From positions 128,001 to 192,000 of the forward strand of contig JBGASG010000005.1 of assembly GCA_044229845.1 (NCBI GenBank): a stretch of 64,000 nt of DNA, given 5' to 3'. The notes beneath the pieces were generated by a model, which saw only the letters and a list, made by a program, of their open reading frames with translations, was not told where the DNA came from and ran no database searches. The stretch is from Candidatus Obscuribacteraceae bacterium. Its GTDB lineage: Bacteria; Cyanobacteriota; Vampirovibrionia; Obscuribacterales; Obscuribacteraceae. This document shows, in pieces, positions 1 through 9,515 of the stretch. Every line of letters begins with the position of its first letter. Position 1 is the first letter of the stretch. Made by a program: the position numbers and the translations under genes.

Positions 1-80
1 AAAGCTTAGGAGCTTCACGCTCGGGCGCGATAGCCGCAAACCCAGTAAAATAGAGCCGTTGCGTCTTAAGGAGGGTTCCC

Positions 81-1337
81 GTGGCGAACCTTAAGGACAC
101 TGATTCGGAAGTGTTTCAGGCTATTCAGGACGAACTGCATCGTCAACAGAACGGTCTCGAGCTGATTGCCAGCGAAAACTTTGTTTCGCCGGCGGTGCTG
201 GAGGCACAGGGTTCCGTGCTCACCAACAAGTATGCCGAAGGGTTGCCTGGCAAGCGCTACTACGGCGGATGCGAATACGTCGATGTGGTTGAGAAACTGG
301 CCATAGATCGGGTCAAGAAGTTGTTCAATGCGCCGCACGCCAACGTGCAACCGCACAGCGGCGCCCAGGCCAACATGGCTGTTTACTTCGCGATGCTGCA
401 GCCCGGTGACACCATTCTCGGCATGCGCCTCGATCAAGGCGGACACTTGACGCACGGCTCGAAGGTGAACATGTCGGGCAAGTGGTTCAAGTCGGAATTC
501 TATGGTGTCAATCCGGAGACCGGGCGCATTGATTTTGATGATGTGGCGCGTGCTGCTAAAGAGCACAAGCCGAAGATTATCGTCTGCGGTGCCAGCAACT
601 ATCCGCGTATCATCGATTTCGCCAAGTTCAGAGAAATCGCCGATAGTGTCGGCGCTTTGCTGATGGCAGATATCGCTCACATTGCCGGACTGGTGGCGGC
701 GGGCTTGCATCCGAATCCGTTCCCGCATGCTCAATTCGTCACCACCACCACCCACAAAACGCTGCGCGGTCCGCGCGGCGGCGTGGTCATGTGCACTGAA
801 GAACATGCTGCCGCCATCGATAAATCTGTTTTTCCCGGCATCCAGGGAGGTCCGCTCATGCATGTGATCGCCGCCAAGGCGGTGGCGTTCCACGAGGCAG
901 CCCAGCCGGCTTTCGGTGAATATCAAAAACGCATCGTGGCTAATGCCAAGCAACTGGCGGAAACCCTGATCGATCAGGGGCTTGCCATCGTATCTGGTGG
1001 CACCGATAATCATCTGATGACGGCGGATCTGCGACCGATCAATATGACCGGCAAGGAAGCGCAAGAACTTCTGGAGACGGTGCACATCACCACCAATAAA
1101 AACCAGATTCCCAATGACCCCCAGAAGCCCAATTTCACCAGCGGCATTCGCATCGGCACCCCGGCAGTTTCCTCGCGGGGTATGGGAACGCCCGAGATGG
1201 TCGTCATCGGCGAGTGCATCGCTGACAAGCTCAAGAACCCGCAAGACAATCAGGTCCACGAGAAAGTCACCAAACGCGTTGGAGAACTATGTCAGAAATT
1301 CCCACTCTACAGCGACCGTCTGGTCTCGGTGAAGTGA
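81..1337 (+). CDS. glyA: Serine hydroxymethyltransferase
   Basis: [22 protein letters not shown] and the PLP-lysine motif [17 protein letters not shown] start preceded by AGGAGG. Confidence 0.98.
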   Translation: MANLKDTDSEVFQAIQDELHRQQNGLELIASENFVSPAVLEAQGSVLTNKYAEGLPGKRYYGGCEYVDVVEKLAIDRVKKLFNAPHANVQPHSGAQANMAVYFAMLQPGDTILGMRLDQGGHLTHGSKVNMSGKWFKSEFYGVNPETGRIDFDDVARAAKEHKPKIIVCGASNYPRIIDFAKFREIADSVGALLMADIAHIAGLVAAGLHPNPFPHAQFVTTTTHKTLRGPRGGVVMCTEEHAAAIDKSVFPGIQGGPLMHVIAAKAVAFHEAAQPAFGEYQKRIVANAKQLAETLIDQGLAIVSGGTDNHLMTADLRPINMTGKEAQELLETVHITTNKNQIPNDPQKPNFTSGIRIGTPAVSSRGMGTPEMVVIGECIADKLKNPQDNQVHEKVTKRVGELCQKFPLYSDRLVSVK

Positions 1338-2647
1338 ACGAAGCTGCTCCAAAAGACGAAACGGCTTCCACCAGGCGTCGGGCTTCATCAGTTGTAATTC
1401 GCGGCTTCCAGTTGTTGCTGCTGATCGTCGGCGTGGTCTTCACGGTGGTGCCGATCCCCGGCATCGCCGCCGGCGGACATTTGGATCAGACGCACCTACC
1501 GGCTTTCTTAATCGCTCTCTCGATCAGCTGGTGGTTGACGCCGGAAATCAGGTCGCGTGCTGTGCGATTGAAGCTGGTCGACCAACCCGGAGACCCGCGG
1601 CGCATCCACAAGGTGGCAGTGCCGCGCCTGGGCGGTGTGGCGATATTTATTGCCATCGTCACCACGCTTTGTGCCGAAATGGCTTTGTGCGGAAGGTTTC
1701 CCCGCGAAGGCGGGCTGGCCGGTATTGCGGCCGGTGGCACCTTGATTTTCGTTCTCGGACTTTTGGATGACCTGGAATCTATACCGGCTAAGGTTAAGCT
1801 TCTGGTGCAGGTCCTGGCCGCCTGGACGGCTTACACACTAGGGGTGCGCATCGACGAATATGTCGGCATTCCCCTGCCCGGCGTCATCGTCGATTTCGGT
1901 CCGATTCACATCCATGAATATGTGCGCGTCGGACATCTGGCATTGCCTCTGACAATCATGTGGCTGGTCGGCATTACCAACGCGGTCAATTTGATCGATG
2001 GTATGGATGGACTGGCAGCCGGCGTCTCCGCCATTTCGGCAGTGACCATCTGGTCGATTGCCATGGCCCCAGGCGAAGGTATGCTGGCTCACTTGCACCA
2101 GCCCTATCCGGCTTTGATCGCTGCTGTGTTGGCGGGAGCGTTGTGTGGTTTCTTGCGCTGGAACTTCAACCCCGCCCGCATATTTCTGGGCGATTCAGGA
2201 GCCTATCTGGTGGGGTTTGTTTTGGCATCCGTTGCCATCACCGCCGTGATCAAAAAGATTACTTTGCTGAGTATCGCGCTGCCGATGCTGATTCTCTTTT
2301 TCCCGGTTGCGGACACGACCTGGGCGATCATCAGGAGGACAGCCAGGGGGCAATCAGTGTTCGCCCCGGATGCGGAGCACATTCACCATCGTCTGCTGAA
2401 GAAACTAAAAGGTTCGCAGAAGAAAACGGCTTATGTGATCTACGGTTTCTCGGCTATCTTAGGTTTCTTCGCGTGCTCGCTGGTCGGGCAGCAGTGGTAT
2501 TACCTGTCGGTGGGCACGGCAATTCTCGCGATGGCGCTCTTCTTCGCCGAAGTGCTCAATCGCGGTCGCCAGCGCAAAGGCGAATCGGCTGGTCCCGCGC
2601 CCGACGAGCCACCCGACCTGGTGCCCGGCGAATCGCCCGCCCAGTAG
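1334..2647 (+). CDS. MraY/WecA/TagO-family polyprenyl-phosphate GlcNAc-1-phosphate transferase
   Basis: [30 protein letters not shown] and HIHHRLL motifs; about 11 hydrophobic segments. Start placed at GTG 1334, which overlaps the glyA stop (GTGA); the ORF is open from 1289. Confidence 0.92.
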   Translation: MNEAAPKDETASTRRRASSVVIRGFQLLLLIVGVVFTVVPIPGIAAGGHLDQTHLPAFLIALSISWWLTPEIRSRAVRLKLVDQPGDPRRIHKVAVPRLGGVAIFIAIVTTLCAEMALCGRFPREGGLAGIAAGGTLIFVLGLLDDLESIPAKVKLLVQVLAAWTAYTLGVRIDEYVGIPLPGVIVDFGPIHIHEYVRVGHLALPLTIMWLVGITNAVNLIDGMDGLAAGVSAISAVTIWSIAMAPGEGMLAHLHQPYPALIAAVLAGALCGFLRWNFNPARIFLGDSGAYLVGFVLASVAITAVIKKITLLSIALPMLILFFPVADTTWAIIRRTARGQSVFAPDAEHIHHRLLKKLKGSQKKTAYVIYGFSAILGFFACSLVGQQWYYLSVGTAILAMALFFAEVLNRGRQRKGESAGPAPDEPPDLVPGESPAQ

Positions 2648-2673
2648 AAGTCGCCCGCCATCCACCGCGGTGG

Positions 2674-2798
2674 GACAATATACGCTATTCGTATGCCAAA
2701 TCAAAATTGGCATACTCTATTGGTATATTGTCGGTGCTTCGGCCTTATATACGCTATTCGTATGCCAAATCGCATTTGGCATACCCTATTGGTATATT
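2674..2798. repeat. Two tandem 52-bp direct repeats (period 69 bp), each an interrupted palindrome
   Basis: 2678-2729 and 2747-2798 differ at 4 positions. Copy 1 reads GACAATATAC-N7-GTATGCCAA-N7-TTGGCATAC-N7-GTATATTGTC; a cTTCGg mini-hairpin lies in the 17-nt spacer. Confidence 0.9.
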
Positions 2799-2922
2799 AT
2801 GCTGCAAATCGCAAAGCCACCACCTGCGGTGTCCACCCTCAAAGGAAATGGAAACCCACAGTGATGGCAAAGCTCGTTTTAGCAGTCCTCAGCGTCTAGA
2901 TAACCTCGGGGTGACCCGTTCG

Positions 2923-3204
2923 CTAGGAAGCCTTGCGTCCTCTCGCTTGTCCGCCCTTGCGACCCGCTTCGCGGGCCTCTTCGGACGAAAACTCGTGAGC
3001 GGTGCCCTTGGCGTGAGCAGCCTTTCCACCTTTGCTGGCTATCTCACGTTGTTTTTCAGGGTCCATGGAAGCAAAACCACGTCCGCGTTTCGGTCTTTGC
3101 GGTTCGGCCATCGAGCGTTGTTGCTCGTCCATTTGTCCTGATTCCAGGTTGCTGACTTGTTGTTGCTCATCAGCGCCCGGATTTTCTCTATCTAGCATGG
3201 TCAT
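2923..3204 (-). CDS. KGG-domain general stress protein
   Basis: RGFASMDPEKQREIASKGGKAAH...HEFSSEEAREAGRKGG; GGAGGAGG RBS upstream. Confidence 0.92.
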   Translation of the reverse strand: MTMLDRENPGADEQQQVSNLESGQMDEQQRSMAEPQRPKRGRGFASMDPEKQREIASKGGKAAHAKGTAHEFSSEEAREAGRKGGQARGRKAS

Positions 3205-3319
3205 TACCCTCCTCCGTTCTTGGAGCTTCTGACTGCTGATGTTCTGCCGTTACATCAATCAGTTCATCCATCATTGGTTTGAATGGGCTGACGAATGTTA
3301 GTTCTTGAGGTTCCAACGG

Positions 3320-5284
3320 TTATTGACCATGTGCTTTCAGATCATCTAACGTGACCTGCCGGGATGCCGCCTGCTTGAGCTTTCCCGCCGATTTGAGGTC
3401 TTGCACCAGGTCCTCGATCAGCTGTGATTCTTTAATCTGTCCCCCCTTCATATCTTCGAGGACGCGCTCATCAAGTGCCACTGCTTTATCGAACTGCTTC
3501 AGTTCGCGATACTTATATTGGAGGCTGATTATCGCTTCGAATGCTTCACCCGTCGCCATGCGTTTGTTATAAGCGTGGTCCACGGTGGCAATGCACTCTT
3601 CCAGAAGTCGTGCCGCCTCAGGAGTGTGTCCTTGAATCGCGATGCTCTCGGCGAGTGATGTATAGGTCGAGACCAGTTCTCTGTACGTCTCCAATTTAGG
3701 TGCTCGGTGCTTGATTTCCGATTTATAGGCGTCAAGCGTTCGGCGCAGAAGAGCGATTTCGAGGGGCTGTGATTCAAGGATGGACTGTTGTCCGATGTCA
3801 AAAGACATGTTACTGAGCATGGACGCCGGAGGCGTTCCTAAAGATGGATTTTGATCGTAGAGTTCGAGAACGCGCGCGTAGTGCCGGTAGGCGGCTGCAT
3901 GCAATATGCCTTTGCTCGCGTCATCCAGTCCGTCTTCCAGCGCCTTTTCGTGAGCCTTATCAGCGATCTTTTTATTGAGTTCGATCTGATACGGGATCGG
4001 CAGGTTGTGATCTTTGGCCAGGTTCAGTACTTGTCCCCAGGAGTTGTATGCCGACCCGGGACTGAAGTGATACGGGCGCCCCAGCATTTTATCTGCGTTG
4101 TTAGTGTGAAACTTGATCATGGAATCTGCAGTGAATGTCGACAGATGTGAGGCGGCTGTCCATGCAGCCACGCCGCCTGCGATCAAAAGGCAGGTCAATA
4201 AAAGAAACGCCCGCGGTGGTAACTGTTTGTTGCGATCGCGTTTCTTGAAACTGGCGATGGCGCGCAGCCAGCGCCGGCGCAACTTTGCGGTCAGCGAAGA
4301 TTTTGGTCGTCGATTGGCGTTCAGATCCTTTTGCAACTGCAAAAGTTCGCATCTGATCTCGAAAATCGATTTTGGTCGCAGCGTCGGATCTTTTTCCAGG
4401 CAGCTGAGAATCAAAAGATCGAGTGTTTCCGGAACACCCAGTTCCGGGCGCACGCTCGACGGCGACGGTGGGGTTTCTTTGACGTGATTGACGATTGTTT
4501 GAATGGCATTGTCGCCGGCGAAAGGCGGCTTGCCAGTGAGGCATTCGTACATGACCACGCCCAGCGAATAAATGTCCGAACGGCTGTCGAGAGCGATCCC
4601 CAGGCATTGCTCCGGGCTCATGTAATTGGGGCTGCCGATCACGTCGCCGGTCTGCGTCACTTTTGGTCCGTCCTTGCTGACATTTTGTATGACGCGCGCA
4701 ATTCCGAAGTCGACAATCTTGATGTAATCTTCGCCGGCTTTCTGTTCGTTGAGCACCATGATGTTGCTGGGCTTCAGGTCGCGGTGCACGATGCCCTTGG
4801 CGTGGGCATGCTGGAGGGCGTCGGTGACTTGCAGAAATATGTTGAGAAACCGCGGCAAAGAAAGTTGCCCGACGTGCTGCAGAACATCGTCGAGGCTCTG
4901 TCCGTCAAGATAGTCCATGACCAGATAAGGCGTTCCGTCTGAGCCCACTCCCGAATCGTAGACAGAGACCAGATTCGGATGCGTCAACAAACTGGCGGCT
5001 TTCACTTCTTGAGCGAACCGCTGGACATTGATTGGATCGGCTGCCAATTCGCGGTGCAGGCACTTGATAGCCATGGTCTTATCAATTTTTTTGTGCTTAG
5101 CCTTGTACACGACGCCCATGCCGCCACTGCCGACGGTGCTGACCAGATCGTATTCGGATATGTTGTATCCCTTGTCCGGCTGGTGTGGGACCTCCACCAA
5201 CAGCGGCAGCGGCGGCTCTTCGTCCTGGGGAGCCGGGGGCGCCGTTTCTGCAAACGGTTTCTTTTCCTTGTCCCGTTGCGCCAT
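3320..5284 (-). CDS. Membrane Ser/Thr protein kinase with C-terminal helical/TPR-like domain
   Basis: GSGGMGVVY, AIK, HRDLKPSN, DFG and YMSPE motifs; one TM segment (AFLLLTCLLIAGGVAAW); helical C-terminus. Confidence 0.93.
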   Translation of the reverse strand: MAQRDKEKKPFAETAPPAPQDEEPPLPLLVEVPHQPDKGYNISEYDLVSTVGSGGMGVVYKAKHKKIDKTMAIKCLHRELAADPINVQRFAQEVKAASLLTHPNLVSVYDSGVGSDGTPYLVMDYLDGQSLDDVLQHVGQLSLPRFLNIFLQVTDALQHAHAKGIVHRDLKPSNIMVLNEQKAGEDYIKIVDFGIARVIQNVSKDGPKVTQTGDVIGSPNYMSPEQCLGIALDSRSDIYSLGVVMYECLTGKPPFAGDNAIQTIVNHVKETPPSPSSVRPELGVPETLDLLILSCLEKDPTLRPKSIFEIRCELLQLQKDLNANRRPKSSLTAKLRRRWLRAIASFKKRDRNKQLPPRAFLLLTCLLIAGGVAAWTAASHLSTFTADSMIKFHTNNADKMLGRPYHFSPGSAYNSWGQVLNLAKDHNLPIPYQIELNKKIADKAHEKALEDGLDDASKGILHAAAYRHYARVLELYDQNPSLGTPPASMLSNMSFDIGQQSILESQPLEIALLRRTLDAYKSEIKHRAPKLETYRELVSTYTSLAESIAIQGHTPEAARLLEECIATVDHAYNKRMATGEAFEAIISLQYKYRELKQFDKAVALDERVLEDMKGGQIKESQLIEDLVQDLKSAGKLKQAASRQVTLDDLKAHGQ

Positions 5285-5286
5285 GT

Positions 5287-7137
5287 TTATTTGTGCGCTC
5301 CGAGTTTTTCCTGATCTTCTTTAAGCTCTTCAGCGGCTTCGGCTGAATTGGCAGCACTGACTCCCATCAAGTCTTTATCTATTTCGACTGCTTTTTTATA
5401 ATCACCTTTGTGCCGGTAGAGATCTCTAAGGCTCAGCAAGTTGCCGTAGGCTTCCTGAGAGAATTGGGCGCCCGACCATTGTTTGGCCAAGGCAATGCTC
5501 TCTTCCAGCAACTCTATGGCTTCGTCTCTATGATTGGTGTAGTCCAATTTTTCAGCCAGGTACTGGTACGCCTGCATTGTGAGCATTACCGATGCCTGCG
5601 GCGCGTGGGATTCCAGCTCATCTTTGTGTAGTTTTACAGCCTGGCGTCCGTAATCTTCTCCGGAGCCATAACCCTCGACCTGACCGCTCTCGAAGAACAG
5701 GTGGTCGAGAATGGCTGCGGGCGGCGGACCCAGCTCAGGATGCTGAGCGAGAATCTCCAGCACACGCTTGTGATAGCGAATTGATTCTCGATATAAATCC
5801 TTCATTGCTTCGTTGCTGAGTTTGTCGTGAATGTGCAGTTCGTGGGAGTATTCGCCGAGGTGACTGTTCAGTTCGACTTGTGTTTTGGCGGACAGATTGT
5901 TTTTCTCCGCGATCAAAAGCGCTTCCTGGTATTTGTGGTTGGCGGCGGCCGGATCTTTGCCCAGCGTGGCAAGTTTTGCGTTTTCCATCAGTGCTGCGAC
6001 CTGTTTCTCGGGAGTCAGCTGAGATGAATCGATCGCGAAGCGATACCAGAAAACGCCGGCGCACAAAACAATCAGTCCGAGCACCGACAGGAACACGGCA
6101 GCTTCTCGACCAACGCTGAAGTTTTCGCGAGCGCGTTTGGCCATGCGCTGCACGCGTTCGCTCAAAGGCAGACTGCGTTTGCGACCGGTATATAGTTCGC
6201 CGCGCTGCAGTAGAAGTTCGATCCGAATGTCGTGCAGATTTTTCGGACGCAGCGCCGGGTCTTTTTCCAGACAACTCAAAATCAGGCTGTCCAGCTCTTG
6301 CGGAATACGCAGGTCGGGGCGCAGTTTAGACGGCGCAATCGGCTTGTCTTGCACGTGTTTGACGATCATTTGAATGGCGTTGTCGGCAGCAAATGGTGCC
6401 TTGCCGGTCAGGCACTCATACATAACGACACCCAACGAATAGATGTCGGAACTCCTGTCCAGACTTTTTCCCAGACACTGCTCGGGGCTCATGTAGACCG
6501 GGCTGCCGATCACATCGCCTGTCTGTGTAACTTGCGGTCCGTCTCTGGTGACTTCCTGAATTACTCGCGCAATGCCGAAGTCGACGATTTTGACGAAGTC
6601 GCTGACCGAAGACTCGTTGCCGACCAGCATGATGTTGCTGGGTTTTAAATCGCGATGCACGATGCCTTTGGCGTGGGCGTGATCCAGCGCCTCCGTCACT
6701 TGCAGAAAGATCTCGAGAAATCTCTCCAGGGGCAAGAACCCTTCTTTGCGCAGTGTATCGGCAAGACTTGAGCCTTCCAGGTAATCCATGACCAGATAGG
6801 GCGTGCCATCGTCAGTGATACCGGAGTCGTAGACCGAAACCAGATTTGCATGCGACAGCTGGCTGGCGGCGCGCACTTCCTGAGCGAATCTTTTGACGTT
6901 GGCTGCATCTGCTGCCAACTCGCGGTGCAGGCACTTGATGGCCATGGTTTTGTCGAGCTTTTTGTGTTTGGCTTTATAGACGACGCCCATACCGCCACTG
7001 CCGATGGTGTCGATCAAATCGTAGTCGGCGATGTCATTGCGTTGCTGCCCGTCAGGCGCTTCAACAATGGCGGGAGCCGCGGGACCTTCGTCCTCGGCGA
7101 AATTGTTTTTCTTCTTGTCACTGCCTGGGTTTGCCAT
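5287..7137 (-). CDS. Membrane Ser/Thr protein kinase, tandem paralog of 3320-5284
   Basis: Same kinase motifs; TM segment AAVFLSVLGLIVLCAGVFW; TPR-like C-terminus. Start placed at ATG 7137 (ORF open from 7152). Confidence 0.93.
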   Translation of the reverse strand: MANPGSDKKKNNFAEDEGPAAPAIVEAPDGQQRNDIADYDLIDTIGSGGMGVVYKAKHKKLDKTMAIKCLHRELAADAANVKRFAQEVRAASQLSHANLVSVYDSGITDDGTPYLVMDYLEGSSLADTLRKEGFLPLERFLEIFLQVTEALDHAHAKGIVHRDLKPSNIMLVGNESSVSDFVKIVDFGIARVIQEVTRDGPQVTQTGDVIGSPVYMSPEQCLGKSLDRSSDIYSLGVVMYECLTGKAPFAADNAIQMIVKHVQDKPIAPSKLRPDLRIPQELDSLILSCLEKDPALRPKNLHDIRIELLLQRGELYTGRKRSLPLSERVQRMAKRARENFSVGREAAVFLSVLGLIVLCAGVFWYRFAIDSSQLTPEKQVAALMENAKLATLGKDPAAANHKYQEALLIAEKNNLSAKTQVELNSHLGEYSHELHIHDKLSNEAMKDLYRESIRYHKRVLEILAQHPELGPPPAAILDHLFFESGQVEGYGSGEDYGRQAVKLHKDELESHAPQASVMLTMQAYQYLAEKLDYTNHRDEAIELLEESIALAKQWSGAQFSQEAYGNLLSLRDLYRHKGDYKKAVEIDKDLMGVSAANSAEAAEELKEDQEKLGAHK

Positions 7138-7148
7138 CAATGCACATA

Positions 7149-7180
7149 ACACAAAGCCCGCCTTGACGCGGGCTTTGTGT
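7149..7180. terminator. 13-bp perfect stem-loop, probable terminator of the 7197-7457 gene
   Basis: ACACAAAGCCCGC-cttgac-GCGGGCTTTGTGT, 16 nt past the stop of the small minus-strand gene. Confidence 0.65.
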
Positions 7181-7196
7181 ATCGGTTGGGAGTGAT

Positions 7197-7457
7197 TTAG
7201 AGGTTGCTTTCTTCTTCGTCCTTGGCGGCCTGCTCTTCCTCGGTCATTCGCCTGTAGCGCTCTTGCTCTGCCAGGTCGAATTCCTTTTTTTCTTCCATCT
7301 TCTTGCGCATCTTCTCTTCGAAGAATTTGCGCTCGGTAGCTTCGCGTTCTTTGCGACGAATCATTTCGTCAGCGCGACGTTTTTCCTCGCGAATCTTGTC
7401 TTCTTCGACTCTTTTGCGTTCTTCTTTGCGCTTTAACCGTTTATCGAGCCAACTCAT
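7197..7457 (-). CDS. Small E/K/R-rich helical hypothetical protein
   Basis: MSWLDKRLKRKEERK...; almost entirely charged; fills the gap between cydB and the kinase and is followed by a hairpin. Confidence 0.7.
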   Translation of the reverse strand: MSWLDKRLKRKEERKRVEEDKIREEKRRADEMIRRKEREATERKFFEEKMRKKMEEKKEFDLAEQERYRRMTEEEQAAKDEEESNL

Positions 7458-7554
7458 GACGCACAAACCTCTTTGCGTAGCCCTAGGGAGGGTTTCCTAT
7501 GTTCTATTGTGGTTCAAATCCTGGTCCCGGGCAAGCCCTGCCGATGTTAAAGCC

Positions 7555-8574
7555 TCAATGAGCCGACTCTGCGGGGCTTTCGCCCTCTGTAGTCGCCTGG
7601 CTGAAGACCTTGAGCAGCAAATAAAAGGAAGGAAAGAGCAACAGCGCGCCGACGAGCAGTGCCCACAATAGCAACTCCAGCGTGGCTTTCGGGGCAGAAC
7701 AGTTGAAAATAGTCAATTCCGGACGCACGAGGTAGGGAAACTGAGATAGTGCCCACCCCCAGAGGATTAACGTGGCCTGGCCGGCGGCGCACAGGCGTGC
7801 TATGAGATAACGGCGGTAGACCAGGCCGACGATGGCACCGGTGGAGACGACCGCCGTCACGGCGTGCAGCGCAATGGTCCAGGGCGCCTTCACCAGGTCA
7901 TTGTAGAGCTGGGGAGCGCCGTGCTGTGAAAGCAAAAATACCGTCATAGCCATGATCGCCACACCGCCCTGTGCCGCCAGGGCTCGCACGCGGAAATCGT
8001 TCTGCAGTTGTGGATCTGAGGTTTCGTTAGTGAGATAGGTGGCCGCCAGAAACGCGAAAATGCAAAGAGCGAACACCCCGTTGGCGAAAGCGAAGGGGTG
8101 CTCCCAGGAATTGATGAAATCGGGACGAGCCATGGGGTGCATGCGCCCGGCGGAGATGGACCCGACCGTGATACCCAGCATAATCGGAGTTACCAGGCTG
8201 GCGATCTCGAAGATCAGGCTCCAGCGGCGCTGGACGCTGTCATCTTTGGTGTCATAGGTGCGGAAGGTGAATGCTGACCCGCGCAGAACGATGCCCACCA
8301 GCATGATTACCAGTGGAATATGCAGGTCGGTAGTGACGAGGGCGAACGCACGCGGCCAGGCGGTAAACAGAATAACGATGACGAGAATCAGCCAGACGTG
8401 GTTGGCTTCCCAGATCGGTCCAACGACCTCGGCGATCAGCGCCCGCTGTTTTGGCGCGCGCTCACCAAAACACAGCAAGTCCCAGACGCCCGCGCCATAA
8501 TCCGCGCCGCCCATCAGCACATAAAAGGTCAGCGCGATAATCAGGATGCCGGCAATGGCAACTTCTAAGGTCAT
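7555..8574 (-). CDS. cydB: Cytochrome bd quinol oxidase subunit II
   Basis: YVLMGGADYGAG, GPIWEANHVWLI and LRGSAFTFR motifs; multi-pass membrane protein. Confidence 0.95.
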   Translation of the reverse strand: MTLEVAIAGILIIALTFYVLMGGADYGAGVWDLLCFGERAPKQRALIAEVVGPIWEANHVWLILVIVILFTAWPRAFALVTTDLHIPLVIMLVGIVLRGSAFTFRTYDTKDDSVQRRWSLIFEIASLVTPIMLGITVGSISAGRMHPMARPDFINSWEHPFAFANGVFALCIFAFLAATYLTNETSDPQLQNDFRVRALAAQGGVAIMAMTVFLLSQHGAPQLYNDLVKAPWTIALHAVTAVVSTGAIVGLVYRRYLIARLCAAGQATLILWGWALSQFPYLVRPELTIFNCSAPKATLELLLWALLVGALLLFPSFYLLLKVFSQATTEGESPAESAH

Positions 8575-8596
8575 AGTTTTTGCCTGCCATTAGAAC

Positions 8597-8637
8597 AACC
8601 TGATTTTACGCGAATCAGGTTCTTTGCAGGGCATAAT
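8597..8637. promoter_or_regulatory. 9-bp inverted repeat plus -10-like CATAAT between divergent cydB and TonB-C genes
   Basis: AACCTGATT-N7-AATCAGGTT at 8597-8621; CATAAT at 8632-8637. Confidence 0.45.
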
Positions 8638-8644
8638 TGGATGC

Positions 8645-9415
8645 ATGAAACGTTTGTTTGAGAAACGCATGGCTGTCGCGTTGGCGCTTATGTTAATGCA
8701 AGCGTCAGGCGCATGTCCTACTGCGTGGGCAGGGCCGGCGCCCGGCGACCGTGATGCTCAGCTCAACGCCATGCGCAACAACATCGCAAAACGTTGGAAA
8801 TCGTCCGGCAATGCCAAGCTGCGAGCAATCGTTTCCTTCAAAGTCGAGGACACCAATCCCAAAAATGTCGAGATTTACAACTCATCGAAAGACAGCAAAT
8901 TCGATGCTGCCGCCCGAGCCGCGGTGTTACCGCTGATACCATTCAAAGTCGACGGCTTCAAACCGAAAACAGAGTTGCGCGCCAGGTTCGACCCGTACAT
9001 TCATGTCGTCGATGTCTATCAAGCCGAAGACGTGGACTTCGGTCCGTACATGGCCGCCATGCAAAAGGCCGTCAAGAAACACTGGTTTCCACCCAGAGGT
9101 TCTGAGTCCAAACACACAGTGGTTCTCTGGAAGATTCAAAATGACGGAACGATCACCAATGTGCGCCTGGATAAAAGTAGTGGTTCGCCAAACGTGGACG
9201 AGGCCTCGCTAAAAGCGGTGCGGGCGCTCGGCAAGTTTCGTCCATTACCGGCAGGCGCGCCTGACTCCGTAGACATTCAGTTCACCTTCGACTACAACGT
9301 GCACGGCGGCGCCGGTGGCAAGACCGGCAAGAATTCCTCAGCCACCGCTTCATCCAGCGGCGATGGGGCGGCCCGCGTCATCTTCGAGCACATCGATCAG
9401 TTTCTCAAACCATAG
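8645..9415 (+). CDS. Exported protein with two TonB C-terminal-like domains
   Basis: Signal peptide ending AWA; VDFGPYMAAMQKAVKKHW.PP...KSSG...DEASLKAV...FRPLPAGAPDSVDIQFTFDYNV, with a degenerate first copy. Start 8645 chosen (ORF open from 8624). Confidence 0.85.
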   Translation: MKRLFEKRMAVALALMLMQASGACPTAWAGPAPGDRDAQLNAMRNNIAKRWKSSGNAKLRAIVSFKVEDTNPKNVEIYNSSKDSKFDAAARAAVLPLIPFKVDGFKPKTELRARFDPYIHVVDVYQAEDVDFGPYMAAMQKAVKKHWFPPRGSESKHTVVLWKIQNDGTITNVRLDKSSGSPNVDEASLKAVRALGKFRPLPAGAPDSVDIQFTFDYNVHGGAGGKTGKNSSATASSSGDGAARVIFEHIDQFLKP

Positions 9416-9426
9416 CCATTGTCTTG

Positions 9427-9515
9427 CTGGGGGTGTCCCTGATTCGATTTGATCTTCCGGCGACCCCTACAACAAAAAGTGTTGAAACTCGCAAGCAGAG
9501 AATTGGCACCCCCGG
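9427..9515 (+). repeat. Intergenic element bounded by an 11-bp GC-rich inverted repeat, with an internal CAACA-N5-TGTTG palindrome
   Basis: CTGGGGGTGTC (9427-9437) pairs with GGCACCCCCGG (9505-9515) using two G-U pairs on the + strand; CAACAAAAAGTGTTGA at 9470-9485. Confidence 0.5.

Noticed and set aside
1..80. ZMP/ZTP or glycine riboswitch upstream of glyA
   Set aside because: No consensus elements in the 80 nt available; anything further upstream is outside the window.
66..1259. 397-aa minus-strand ORF (and similar long ORFs at 10759-11964, 27071-28084, 52871-53704, 58478-59497 and 60389-61687)
   Set aside because: Antisense shadows of well-supported genes, expected with GC-biased codon usage; no recognisable motifs.
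2678..2798. CRISPR array or integron attC interpretation of the tandem repeat
   Set aside because: Only two 52-bp repeats with a 17-nt spacer and no cas genes; lacks RYYYAAC/GTTRRRY boxes, and there is no integrase.
1960..3141. 393-aa + strand ORF running through the tandem repeat
   Set aside because: An alternative frame of the transferase gene and antisense to the KGG gene; Arg-rich composition typical of a non-coding frame.
9429..9451. Resemblance to a tmRNA 5' end (GGGGGTG...ATTCGA)
   Set aside because: The gap is only about 100 nt; no tag reading frame, T-arm or CCA end.
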